64,000 bases of DNA. Source: Desulfurococcaceae archaeon (GTDB lineage Archaea; Thermoproteota; Thermoprotei_A; Sulfolobales; Desulfurococcaceae). A program made the translations under genes and the position numbers. The stretch lies in contig JAWBAI010000001.1 of the NCBI GenBank assembly GCA_038816475.1, forward strand, positions 139,031 to 203,030, written 5' to 3'. The notes below the pieces were generated by a model, which saw only the letters and a list, made by a program, of their open reading frames with translations, ran no database searches and was not told the DNA's origin. This document shows, piece by piece, positions 46,904 to 56,525 of this stretch (positions are counted from its first letter, which is position 1; each line of letters starts with the position of its first letter).

Positions 46904-49900
46904 CAGGTTTAACCTCTAGTACGTAGTTTTCCTCGTCTATTTCCCATTCCTCTACATAGCCTCCCAGGCTTCCGGCTCGATCCCTGCTACTGGTTAATAT
47001 GAGGTCAACGCTACGGGTTTCAGACATTATGTAGTTCTTTCTCAGTTCTATTAAGTTAAGCTTGTCTGGTGGTGCAACAATGAGAGTTTTGATCTTGGCT
47101 GTAAGCGGAAGGTCCAGTTTCTTCCTCATGACCTGTACTCTCCTAACGATGTCTCTGGCTAAACCATCCGCAAGCTCATTCAAAGTCAGCCTTGTATCCA
47201 GGGCTATTACACCGAACTTAAAGTCCTCGACCAAGTAACCCTCTACATAGTAGGGTGTTATTTCCACGTCGTTCGCTGTTAAGACCACTTCTGTGCCGTT
47301 TACAACCGTTCTGTGAGAACCTGCTTCAATTATATCCCTGGCGATGAGATCACTATACTTCTCGAGGTAATCTACTAGATTCTTCATTATACTCTTGTAC
47401 TTTGGTCCAAGTACCTTGTATACAGGTTTTACCTTGTACCTTGTTATCTCCTTTACTCTCTTGGACTCGTGAATGCTAACAGACTTAGCGTTACACATGT
47501 ACTTAACAACGTTTAGGTATGCCTCAAGGGATTTTCTAGCCTTCTCGCTATCTGTGTAGACTATTAGCTCCTTAACGGGTTGTCTAAGCTTAAAGCCAGC
47601 GCGCATGCGAGCACTTGCACAGGCTTTGTAAACTTCGCGAACAATCTCCATAGCTTCCTCCAAGTCTACATTAATGAACTGCTCGTCGGGTTCAGGATAG
47701 CTAATTAAGTGAATGCTCGGTTCTCCGTAGTAGTCTCTAAACATAGCTTGGTACAAGTACTCGGATATGTAGGGTGTTATGGGTGCAAGCAATCTGATTA
47801 TTCTATCAAGTACGTAGTATAGAACAGAGTAGCATGCTAATTTCTCTGGTACGTTTTCCTCGATCCATACACGCGGTCTAATTAGCCTTATATACCAATG
47901 ACTCAGATCTTCAACGATGAACGTTCTTATGAGTCTAACAGCTTGCCCGATATCGTACTTTTCCATGTTTTCTGTAACTTTAGCTACTAAGTTATTAACT
48001 CTACTGAGGATCCACTTGTCTTCGGGGCTCAGGTAATTCGTGTACGCTGTGAGCGGGTTTTTAACAGGATCGAATTTATCCACTTCCATGTACATCTTCG
48101 CGAAGAGAGCTACGTTCCAGAGTATTGATAGATCACGCATTGCTTCTTCGATCTCCTTCCACGAGAACTTAGCATCCTCCCAGACAGTATTGCTCAGCAG
48201 CCACAGTCTCAGAGGGTCTCTACCAGCTTTCGCAATAGCTTCGTCCGTGCCAACGTAGTTTCCAAGGCTCTTGTGCATTTCTCTGCCTTGCTCATCCAGC
48301 ATGAAGCCGTGCACTAGAACTGTTCTGTAGGGTGCTCTCTGGAAACCTATAACACCTGCTCTCAAAAGCGAGAAGAACCAGCCTCTTGTCTGGTCATGTC
48401 CTTCAGCGATGAAGTCCAAAATGACTTCTTCCTCGCTCATTTCCTCGGGATGTCCTCTAGACGCGTAGAAGGATACACCACTATCGAACCATACGTCAAC
48501 AACATCAGGAACTCGTCTCATCTCCAAACCGCAGTACGGGCATTTGAACTTCACTTGATCTATCCAGGGTTTATGCAACTCTGGAGGCCTTATACCGGAT
48601 AGTTCTTCGAGTTCTCTAATGCTACCGATAACTACTCTGTGATTGTTGGGGCATTTCCATACGGGGAGCGGCGTACCCCAGTACCTTTGTCTGGAGAGAA
48701 CCCAGTCTTGCAGATTTTCAACCATGTTGATTAGTCTTGTTAAAGCCCAGGATGGAATCCACTCAACCTTCTCAGCTTCTCTTCTTATGGTATCCTTGAG
48801 CTTCGTAACTCTGATAACCCACTGCTTAGTTGCTCTGAGTACTATTGGTGTTTTACATCTCCAACAAACAGGATATCTGTGAACAATAGAACTACTGTAT
48901 ACTAGCGCTCTGCGCTCTTTGAGGACAGAGATAATGTAGTTGTTTGCTTCTCTTACATACATTCCTGAGAGCACTCCTGCTTCGCTCGTAAACCTGCCCT
49001 CCTCGTCGACGAGGCAGATCACGGCATCGCTGAAATTGTTCTTGACAGCAACATCGTAATCCTCGAACCCATGAGCTGGTGCACCATGTACTAGTCCAGT
49101 TCCCTCGTGCATTACAACGTACTCTGAAGACGCAACTACTCTGTGATATTTACTCAGGATTCTCTGAGCGGGAACTATGTCCTCGAGAGGACTTCTGTAG
49201 GTGTAAACAGTAAGCTCTGCACCACGCTTTCTCTCCACGAGTCTGTAGGAATTAATACCAACGTCTCTCATTACTGCTTCAAGTCTCTTCTCCGCGAGTA
49301 TCCAGTACTCACCGTTAACCTCGACTTTAACGTAGACCTCGTCGGGATGAGCCATAATGAAGGCATTTGCTGGTAGAGTCCACGGTGTTGTTGTCCATAC
49401 AACTAGAAAGGTGTTCTCCTCCTCGTTAACAGGGAACTTAACGTATATGCTCGGGTCCTCAAGTTCATGGTACTCAACTTCGTACTCAGCAAGTGTTGTG
49501 GAGCATCTTGGACACCAGTACACGATTCTGTAGTCCTCTTCGAGTAGCCCGAGTTGATCAGCTTTCTTTATAAGCCACCATTCAGCCTCTATGTACTCAT
49601 CCCTCATAGTTAGATACGGGTTCTCCCAGTCCATGAATACTCCGAGCTCCTTGAACCACTTAGATAGCATAGAAACGTTCGTTAAAGCGAACCTCTTGCA
49701 CTCCGAGATAAACTTCTCTACGCCGATGCGGGACTCTATTTCTTTCTTCGATCTTACGTTAAGCAGTTGCTCAACTTTCACCTCAATTGGGAGACCGTGG
49801 CAGTCGTAACCAGGAGTATCTACAACGTTGAAGCCTCTCATTCTCTTGTACCTGAGAACAGCATCCTTTAACGACTTATTCCAAGCTGTTCCAATGTGCG

Positions 49901-50066
49901 GTACTTCGCTTGAGGGGTATGGAGGCCCATCGTTAAACCTGAATACTCTGCTACACCTGCTACTCCTCTCTTTAACTAACTTGTAGATTTTCTTCTCGCT
50001 CCAATAGCTCGAAACAGCATTTTCAACTGCGTGCGGGTTATATGCTCCCTTTACTTCCCACTTCAT
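46896..50066 (-). CDS. ileS: Isoleucyl-tRNA synthetase
   Basis: DGPPY, HIGT, GYDCHGLP, WTTTPWT, GTGLVH, SRQRYWG, DQTRGWF, EMHKS. Confidence 0.97.
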   Translation of the reverse strand: MKWEVKGAYNPHAVENAVSSYWSEKKIYKLVKERSSRCSRVFRFNDGPPYPSSEVPHIGTAWNKSLKDAVLRYKRMRGFNVVDTPGYDCHGLPIEVKVEQLLNVRSKKEIESRIGVEKFISECKRFALTNVSMLSKWFKELGVFMDWENPYLTMRDEYIEAEWWLIKKADQLGLLEEDYRIVYWCPRCSTTLAEYEVEYHELEDPSIYVKFPVNEEENTFLVVWTTTPWTLPANAFIMAHPDEVYVKVEVNGEYWILAEKRLEAVMRDVGINSYRLVERKRGAELTVYTYRSPLEDIVPAQRILSKYHRVVASSEYVVMHEGTGLVHGAPAHGFEDYDVAVKNNFSDAVICLVDEEGRFTSEAGVLSGMYVREANNYIISVLKERRALVYSSSIVHRYPVCWRCKTPIVLRATKQWVIRVTKLKDTIRREAEKVEWIPSWALTRLINMVENLQDWVLSRQRYWGTPLPVWKCPNNHRVVIGSIRELEELSGIRPPELHKPWIDQVKFKCPYCGLEMRRVPDVVDVWFDSGVSFYASRGHPEEMSEEEVILDFIAEGHDQTRGWFFSLLRAGVIGFQRAPYRTVLVHGFMLDEQGREMHKSLGNYVGTDEAIAKAGRDPLRLWLLSNTVWEDAKFSWKEIEEAMRDLSILWNVALFAKMYMEVDKFDPVKNPLTAYTNYLSPEDKWILSRVNNLVAKVTENMEKYDIGQAVRLIRTFIVEDLSHWYIRLIRPRVWIEENVPEKLACYSVLYYVLDRIIRLLAPITPYISEYLYQAMFRDYYGEPSIHLISYPEPDEQFINVDLEEAMEIVREVYKACASARMRAGFKLRQPVKELIVYTDSEKARKSLEAYLNVVKYMCNAKSVSIHESKRVKEITRYKVKPVYKVLGPKYKSIMKNLVDYLEKYSDLIARDIIEAGSHRTVVNGTEVVLTANDVEITPYYVEGYLVEDFKFGVIALDTRLTLNELADGLARDIVRRVQVMRKKLDLPLTAKIKTLIVAPPDKLNLIELRKNYIMSETRSVDLILTSSRDRAGSLGGYVEEWEIDEENYVLEVKPVE

Positions 50067-50154
50067 TTACATCACGTATATACCGTTCTACTCGTGGATA
50101 CAGTGCTACTACCTCGATTCATATATCGCTAGGGTTAATAAAGATGCAAATTCT

Positions 50155-50925
50155 TTACGTGCTTAGAATTCTAGCAAGTACTGTGACTAGTACGGTTAAG
50201 GCTAGGACTGCGAAGATTAAAGCTATCCTGCGCCACCCGAGCTTGACCAGTAGCTTCACGTACGATAGCATAACATTACTCGAAAGCTTCGATGAGCCAC
50301 GCGCTCTACCCCTGAACAGGTAGGGTTCTTCGCATACTCTCGCGTTCTTGTGTGTTCCAAGGATTTCCACCAGTGCTTTGAACCCACGTGGTTCAATGGG
50401 TTTCCATGCCTCGGCAACTTCTCTTCTAAGCGCAAAGAACCCGCTTACTGGGTCTTTGACCCTCGAGCAGTTGGGAACCAGAATACGTGCTAGGAGAACA
50501 GCACCACTAGATACCAGTTTTCTCACTGTACTCCAGTTTTCAACGCCTCCACCTGGACAATACCTTGATGCAACCACAATATCACATGTCCTGCTTCTCT
50601 CGATAAGCCTGGGGATGACCTCTGGGGGGTGCTGTAGGTCAGCGTCCATAACCACGATGACTCTACCGTGCGAGGCTCTCATACCATCGTAGATCGCTGA
50701 GGTAACTCCCAGCTTGCCGGGTCGCTTCAAGACTCTCACAGGGTATTTCTCCGAAAGCTTCTCAGCAACCTCCGCTGTACCATCTGGGCTGTTGTCATCC
50801 ACTACTACAACCTCGTAGCTGAACAAACCCCTGAGCTTCTCATCGATGAGCTCAATAAGCCTGGGAACATTCTCCCTCTCGTTGTAGGTGGGAACTACGA
50901 TACTCACCTCCACCAACGAGAACAC
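50155..50925 (-). CDS. Polyprenol/dolichol-phosphate glycosyltransferase (GT2, DPM1-like)
   Basis: VPTYNE, VDDNSPDGT, MDADLQHPP, D.VSGFF, C-terminal TM. Confidence 0.9.
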   Translation of the reverse strand: MFSLVEVSIVVPTYNERENVPRLIELIDEKLRGLFSYEVVVVDDNSPDGTAEVAEKLSEKYPVRVLKRPGKLGVTSAIYDGMRASHGRVIVVMDADLQHPPEVIPRLIERSRTCDIVVASRYCPGGGVENWSTVRKLVSSGAVLLARILVPNCSRVKDPVSGFFALRREVAEAWKPIEPRGFKALVEILGTHKNARVCEEPYLFRGRARGSSKLSSNVMLSYVKLLVKLGWRRIALIFAVLALTVLVTVLARILST

Positions 50926-51002
50926 CCGCTGAATCTCCTGATTTCTCAGCTAGGTACTCGTTGTTTATTCCAACTATAATGAGCTAAAGGTTGCCATTTT
51001 CT

Positions 51003-52661
51003 TTACTCTTTTCTTGACTCTAACTCCTTGATGGTGATTGAAAGGTAAGCTAGGGCTTGGTTGCGACCCATTAATGCTAGTAGTGGAGCAATTCGTGGAC
51101 CACTGCTTCTTCCGCATATCAGCATGTAGAGGTACTCGTAGAACGTCCTGATCGCATCGGGGGTTAACTTCGATGTCACTTTGACCAGGGCTTCTTTGAT
51201 GGATTCCTCGGTCCAAGCTTCCAGCGAACTCAGGTTCTCGTAGGTATGCTTGAAGAGCTCTACGTACTCGCTCGGTATCTTCCCTGCTATCCACCTGGCT
51301 TCGTCCAGGGTGTTCAACGCTACTATCAACTCGCGTGGACCATACCTGTGAACCCAGTTGAGTGCTCTGGGAAGAGTTTCCAGCACTCTCCTCAAACCGT
51401 ACTCAGTTGGAGCATCTGGCAGGTGCCCAGTGTTCTTCAGCCTTGCTACGGCTTCGGTGGTCCACAGCTCGCGTGGAACAAGCTGACTCAGTATTGCGAG
51501 GTGAAGGTAGGGAACCTGCTCCGGTGGTTCACGCGGTGGACCTCCACGCGGATAGCTGAGCTCGTAGCTTCTAGCCAGGAGAACCTTCTCCTCTTCGCTG
51601 GTGGTTTTCTCCAGCCCATAGTACACTCTCTCAGCTCTGTAGTACAAGCTGTAGTAGTGGGGTATCTCGTGCAGTCCTACAGCGAGCTTCTTGAATGGTG
51701 GAGTTCTCAGAACCAGGAACCTGAACACGTGAGGATGCGCTACTTCGAGCCATTCTCTCGGAGTGAAACCAAGAAAATCACTACTACCCATGTCCACGAC
51801 TCGACCATTCGGTTGCTTTAGTTCAACCCACTCGTAGGGTAGTCCCTCGGGTGGTTTAAACCTGTAGACGTTGACAGCTAGATCCACACAACTGTCTCTG
51901 CTACCACCGGGCATTGCATGGTCTTTGCCGAAGGGCTCAAAGTCGACTCCTAGAGTCCACCATACACCGGTCCACTCAATTCTCCACATCAGTTTACCGT
52001 TCTCCAGCGAAGACACTCCTCTGTGTCCACAGCTGGTGCAAACGTACTCCACGTGGTCTTCGTCAACTACTCTTACAGCTTCCGTGGTATCTATTCTTCC
52101 GCACTTCTCGCACACAGCTTCGAACGGTATCCAGCCCTCCGAGTAGGGTTTTCTACCTCTGTACTTGTTCAGAACTCTGCGTACCTCCTCTTTCTTCTCA
52201 AGGGTCAACTTGATGAACTCTCCGAGCCTCCACTTGTACAGCTCCGTGGTGGAAACAACCTCTACTTCACCATCCGTGAACTCCTTGATGAAAGGCCCAA
52301 AATCCTCCCAGTAGTGTTCAACCCAGTTTGAGTGGCAACCATAGGGATCGGGTACTTTTATCAACGGCCACCCAGTATACCTCTTCCCCTGCTCGGGGTC
52401 TCTGAAGGTACGTACTTGTGCTTCCTTACCCTTCCAAGCGTCCTGCGTGTAGAGAGTTAAGTACTGCTTTATCCTCAGTCCTCTAGCTGTTAGTATTCGT
52501 CTGAGTGTTTCACCGATTATGATCTCTCCGCGTAGTCTTCCAACGTGCTGTAGCCCGGAGACCGATAACCCTCCGTTGAAGACGTAAACTTCCTTAGCTC
52601 CTCTACCTGTGAGCTTTTCGTAGAGTTGATCAGCAAGCTCGTCGATCCAGTGCTTAACCAT
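51003..52661 (-). CDS. lysS: Lysyl-tRNA synthetase class I
   Basis: HWID, SG..HVG, VPDP, CxxC pairs, GKLMWR.EW, EPFGKDH, DMGSS, GPRI; start moved to ATG 52661. Confidence 0.96.
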   Translation of the reverse strand: MVKHWIDELADQLYEKLTGRGAKEVYVFNGGLSVSGLQHVGRLRGEIIIGETLRRILTARGLRIKQYLTLYTQDAWKGKEAQVRTFRDPEQGKRYTGWPLIKVPDPYGCHSNWVEHYWEDFGPFIKEFTDGEVEVVSTTELYKWRLGEFIKLTLEKKEEVRRVLNKYRGRKPYSEGWIPFEAVCEKCGRIDTTEAVRVVDEDHVEYVCTSCGHRGVSSLENGKLMWRIEWTGVWWTLGVDFEPFGKDHAMPGGSRDSCVDLAVNVYRFKPPEGLPYEWVELKQPNGRVVDMGSSDFLGFTPREWLEVAHPHVFRFLVLRTPPFKKLAVGLHEIPHYYSLYYRAERVYYGLEKTTSEEEKVLLARSYELSYPRGGPPREPPEQVPYLHLAILSQLVPRELWTTEAVARLKNTGHLPDAPTEYGLRRVLETLPRALNWVHRYGPRELIVALNTLDEARWIAGKIPSEYVELFKHTYENLSSLEAWTEESIKEALVKVTSKLTPDAIRTFYEYLYMLICGRSSGPRIAPLLALMGRNQALAYLSITIKELESRKE

Positions 52662-52762
52662 GGTTAAACAACCAGGCTTTATCGCTAAGAAATATACACC
52701 CGTTAATACTTTTAAGTTTCCTGGTACCTTATCAACGAGAAGACGCGAAAACAGGTGGAACA

Positions 52763-55675
52763 TTGAATTCAAAGAAACAGGAGTTCATGGAGTGGCTTAG
52801 AGGTATTGAGAGAAAATGGCAGAAAATATGGAAAGAAATGCGTGTGTTTGAAGCGAACTCAGAGCCTGGTAAACCAAAATTCTTCATAACAGTTCCATAC
52901 CCTTATGCTAATGGTCCACTGCACATTGGTCATGGAAGAACCTACACAATTGGTGATATTGTTGCAAGGTACAAGAGGCTCAGAGGCTTCAACGTACTAT
53001 TCCCCATGGCGTTCCACATAACTGGTACACCGATAGTGGCTTTCTCGGATATGATTAGCAGAGGAGAGGAGAAAACAATATCGCTGTACACAGAGTACGT
53101 AAAAATGTACGTTGAGGATGAGAACAGAGTTAGGGAGATCGTAGAATCCTTCAAGAACCCTCTCAACCTCGCAGAGTTCTTTGCTGAGAAGATTCAGAGG
53201 GACTTTGAAGAGCTTGGCTATAGCATAGATTGGAGAAGAAAGTTTCACACGGGTGAGCCGATATACAACCAGTTCGTAACATGGCAATTTTACAAACTTC
53301 TGGAAAAAGGGCTAATTACGAGAGGAGATCACACAGTAACCTACTGCCTACTTCACCAGCAACCAGAAGGCGAAGATGACATACAGGATGCAGACGTAAA
53401 CCCAGTGGAAATCCTAGAGTTCACAGCTGTAAAGTTCAAGCTTGTTGATACGGGAGAAAACCTACTAGCTGCAACACTACGACCCGAAACACTATTTGGT
53501 GCAACGAACATCTGGGTGAACCCTGATGCAGACTACGTTGTCTTCAAATGGAACGATGAAAACTACATTGTTAGCAAAGAGGCGCTTGTGAAGCTTGAGT
53601 ACGTTTACGGAAGTGAACATGAGATAACTGTTCTCAGAGAGTTCAAGGGCAGAGAACTGGTTGGCAAAAGAGCCGTATCTCCTCTCGGCGAAGAACTGTT
53701 GGTGCTTCCAGCATGGTTCGTTGACCCGGACAACGCGACAGGCATAGTATACTCTGAACCCAGCGATGCACCGTACGACTACGTTGCACTGCAGGAGTTA
53801 AAGAGAAACCCTGAGCTTCTTAGAAGCTTTGGTTTGGACCCAGAAGTCGTCAAGACAATAGAACCAAAGAAGATAATACGGGTTCCAGGTTTAGATGATC
53901 ATCACGCGAAGATATCTGTTGAGAATGCAGGAATAGTATCTCAGCACGATCCCAGGTTGGAGGAGATCACAGCTGAGGTTTACCGCGAACAGTTCTACAA
54001 CGGAGTCATGATTGTTGATCACCCGGAGTTCAAGGGTCTCACTGTAAGAGAGGCTAGAGATAAAGTAAAGAGGATGCTCTACGAGAATAACATGGCGTTA
54101 CCCTTCTTCGAGCTGAATAGGAAAGCTAGGTGCAGAGCTGGTGGAAGAATAGTTGTAGCGAAGATAAAGAACCAGTGGTTCATAAACTACAATGTTGACT
54201 GGCTGAAGAAGATAGCCTGGGAATGGCTAATCAACGATCACGTAAAGATTACTCCGGCTAAGTACAAGAAGCTGTTTCTAGATACACTCAACTGGCTAGA
54301 TAAGAGACCCTGTGCTAGAAAGCGTGGTATTGGAACTAGGTTACCATGGGATCAAGAGTGGATAATCGAAAGCCTAAGTGATTCCACAGTATACATGGCG
54401 TTCTACACGATAGTGCACATCATACGTGAAAACAACCTAAAGCCAGAGCAGCTTACACCAGAAGTCTTCGACTACGTGTTTCTGGGTCTTGGCGACCCTG
54501 TGGATGTATCAACTAAAAGCGGTATTTCACTGGATATTCTCGAAAAAATGAGAAAAGAGTTTACATACTGGTATCCAGTCGACCAAAGGCACACAGCAAT
54601 ACCGCATATATCGAATCATCTATCGTTCTACATACTACACCATGCTGCAATATTTCCACCGGAGTACATGCCCAGACTAATATCGCTCAACGAAACAGTG
54701 ATCAGAGAAGGAGCTAAGATGTCTAAGAGCAAGGGCAACGTAATACCACTAAGGCACATCACTACTATGTACTCAGCAGATCTCTTTAGGCTTTACATAT
54801 CGTGGGCTGCAAGCTTGGATAGTGTACTCGACTGGAGGGAAGCGGAGGTGGGCCGAGTTCTCGACAGCATTTTAAAGTTTGTGAACACAGCTAAGGTTGC
54901 AGTAGAGTCATTGTGCACAGAGCGTGAAGACGTGTTCACCGAGTGGTTTATCAACAAGTTCTACGAGACTGTGGCTAAAGCTACTAGCGCTCTTGAGAAC
55001 ATGGAGATCAGAGAGTACGTGCAGAGCGCCTTCTTCGACATGCTGGCACTCGTAGATAAGTACAGAAGTATCGTAGGCGATGATTACGTATGTGGAGTCA
55101 AAAAGGTGCTTTCCGATTGGCTAATCCTGTTGAACCCTGTTATACCCCACTTAACGGAGGAGATTAACAGTTGGATGAATCCAAGAAACCTTTTGTCTCT
55201 GTCCACTTGGCCCGAGATCAAGCCCTTGAACAAGGAGCTTGTTGTGCTCGTTGACAACATAGACAATGTACTAGAGGATGCTAGAGAACTGATAGAGCTA
55301 CTGAAGAAGAAACCTAGCACAATTCACCTGATAGTCGCTCCCGAGTGGAAGAGAGAAATAGCTAGGCTTGTGCTGCAGGGTAAATCCATAAGAGACGTGG
55401 TCGAGTACGTGAGAGCAAAGTTCAACCTAAGGGGTAGAGAGCATGAGGTGGTTGAAGCTTACAATGCGTATAAAAAGTCTGATAAGGAATGGCTGGACAA
55501 GGTTACGTTAACAACTAGTAAGGGAGAGTTCAATGTGTATACTTCAGCACTGGGTTACTTCGAGAGTAAACTGGGAGCAAAAGTAGTCGTGGTTTGGGAA
55601 GACGAAGCCAGGATAAAGGGTATCCCCAAGGCTGAGAGGGCAATGCCCTTAAAACCAGCAATCTACATTGAGTAA
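52763..55675 (+). CDS. leuS: Leucyl-tRNA synthetase
   Basis: PYANG.LHIGH, ATLRPET, IESLSDST, KMSKSKGN, A.PLKPAIYIE. Confidence 0.97.
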   Translation: MNSKKQEFMEWLRGIERKWQKIWKEMRVFEANSEPGKPKFFITVPYPYANGPLHIGHGRTYTIGDIVARYKRLRGFNVLFPMAFHITGTPIVAFSDMISRGEEKTISLYTEYVKMYVEDENRVREIVESFKNPLNLAEFFAEKIQRDFEELGYSIDWRRKFHTGEPIYNQFVTWQFYKLLEKGLITRGDHTVTYCLLHQQPEGEDDIQDADVNPVEILEFTAVKFKLVDTGENLLAATLRPETLFGATNIWVNPDADYVVFKWNDENYIVSKEALVKLEYVYGSEHEITVLREFKGRELVGKRAVSPLGEELLVLPAWFVDPDNATGIVYSEPSDAPYDYVALQELKRNPELLRSFGLDPEVVKTIEPKKIIRVPGLDDHHAKISVENAGIVSQHDPRLEEITAEVYREQFYNGVMIVDHPEFKGLTVREARDKVKRMLYENNMALPFFELNRKARCRAGGRIVVAKIKNQWFINYNVDWLKKIAWEWLINDHVKITPAKYKKLFLDTLNWLDKRPCARKRGIGTRLPWDQEWIIESLSDSTVYMAFYTIVHIIRENNLKPEQLTPEVFDYVFLGLGDPVDVSTKSGISLDILEKMRKEFTYWYPVDQRHTAIPHISNHLSFYILHHAAIFPPEYMPRLISLNETVIREGAKMSKSKGNVIPLRHITTMYSADLFRLYISWAASLDSVLDWREAEVGRVLDSILKFVNTAKVAVESLCTEREDVFTEWFINKFYETVAKATSALENMEIREYVQSAFFDMLALVDKYRSIVGDDYVCGVKKVLSDWLILLNPVIPHLTEEINSWMNPRNLLSLSTWPEIKPLNKELVVLVDNIDNVLEDARELIELLKKKPSTIHLIVAPEWKREIARLVLQGKSIRDVVEYVRAKFNLRGREHEVVEAYNAYKKSDKEWLDKVTLTTSKGEFNVYTSALGYFESKLGAKVVVVWEDEARIKGIPKAERAMPLKPAIYIE

Positions 55676-55730
55676 CAAGGAGTGATGCTGAGCGATCAAG
55701 GTGTACCATGAGGACCATTGGTGGAAATAG

Positions 55731-56351
55731 TTGAACATCTTTGATCTACTAATAGTTGTTGTAACTTACTACGTGCAGCTTCTCGCAATAATGAACCCAT
55801 TCTCTGTCATACCCACCTTCCTCGGGATGACTCAGGGGCTTGATTACAGCGAAGTGTCAAGAGTTGTGAAAAGAGCTATGCTCGCGGGTTTAACCATAGT
55901 TGTTCTGTTTACTCTAGCAGGTAACTACGTTCTCGAGGTTTTCAACGTGTCTATACCCGGTCTTAGAGTTGGAGGTGGAATAATACTCCTCGTAATAGCG
56001 ATCGATATGCTTGGTGAAGAACCTCGTACAAAGAGAATGCCGAAGGAAGACATCGCTGTTGTACCAATAGCAACACCTTTGATCATAGGTCCAGGCACGA
56101 TAACTACCATACTACTGCTAACTGCATCGAAACCCGGAGACTTGCTCAACACAGGGCTCGTACTACTCTCAGGTGTACTCGCTTGCATTACTTCATTCAT
56201 GATACTAAAGCTCAGCAGGGACATTGCCAGGTACCTCAGGGTATCAGTCATAAGAGCTCTCGGTAGGTTCATGGCTTTGATCATTGCTGGTGTAGCAACA
56301 GAGCTAATTGCAACCGGTATTAAGATGTACTACGAGGCTTTCACAGGTTAA
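55731..56351 (+). CDS. MarC-family membrane protein
   Basis: MNP, GGG.IL, VPIATPLIIGPG, six TMs. Confidence 0.9.
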   Translation: MNIFDLLIVVVTYYVQLLAIMNPFSVIPTFLGMTQGLDYSEVSRVVKRAMLAGLTIVVLFTLAGNYVLEVFNVSIPGLRVGGGIILLVIAIDMLGEEPRTKRMPKEDIAVVPIATPLIIGPGTITTILLLTASKPGDLLNTGLVLLSGVLACITSFMILKLSRDIARYLRVSVIRALGRFMALIIAGVATELIATGIKMYYEAFTG

Positions 56352-56525
56352 CCTAGGATCAACCGGGATCGTACTCCAGCTGTATTAGATGGATAAGAGA
56401 GCTTTCAAACCGGACCTATAGCTGTATATGATTGTTTACAATGTGCAGATATACGTAGAGACATTTTACAGCTAGATTAAGGTTTATAATACCACGCGTT
56501 GCTAAATAATAACCGGGTGTTTGAA

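Noticed and set aside
55681-55735. Possible C/D sRNA between leuS and marC (GTGATGC ... ATGAGGA ... TTGA)
   Set aside because: Box C and D' are degenerate, the second spacer is too long and the 'D box' is the marC start; at best a relic
1624-56525. Long N-terminal extensions in the ORF track (1624, 5709, 8191, 16117, 39288, 52772, 56499)
   Set aside because: They overlap neighbouring genes, promoters or RNAs; downstream starts fit SD/TATA context or family N-termini better
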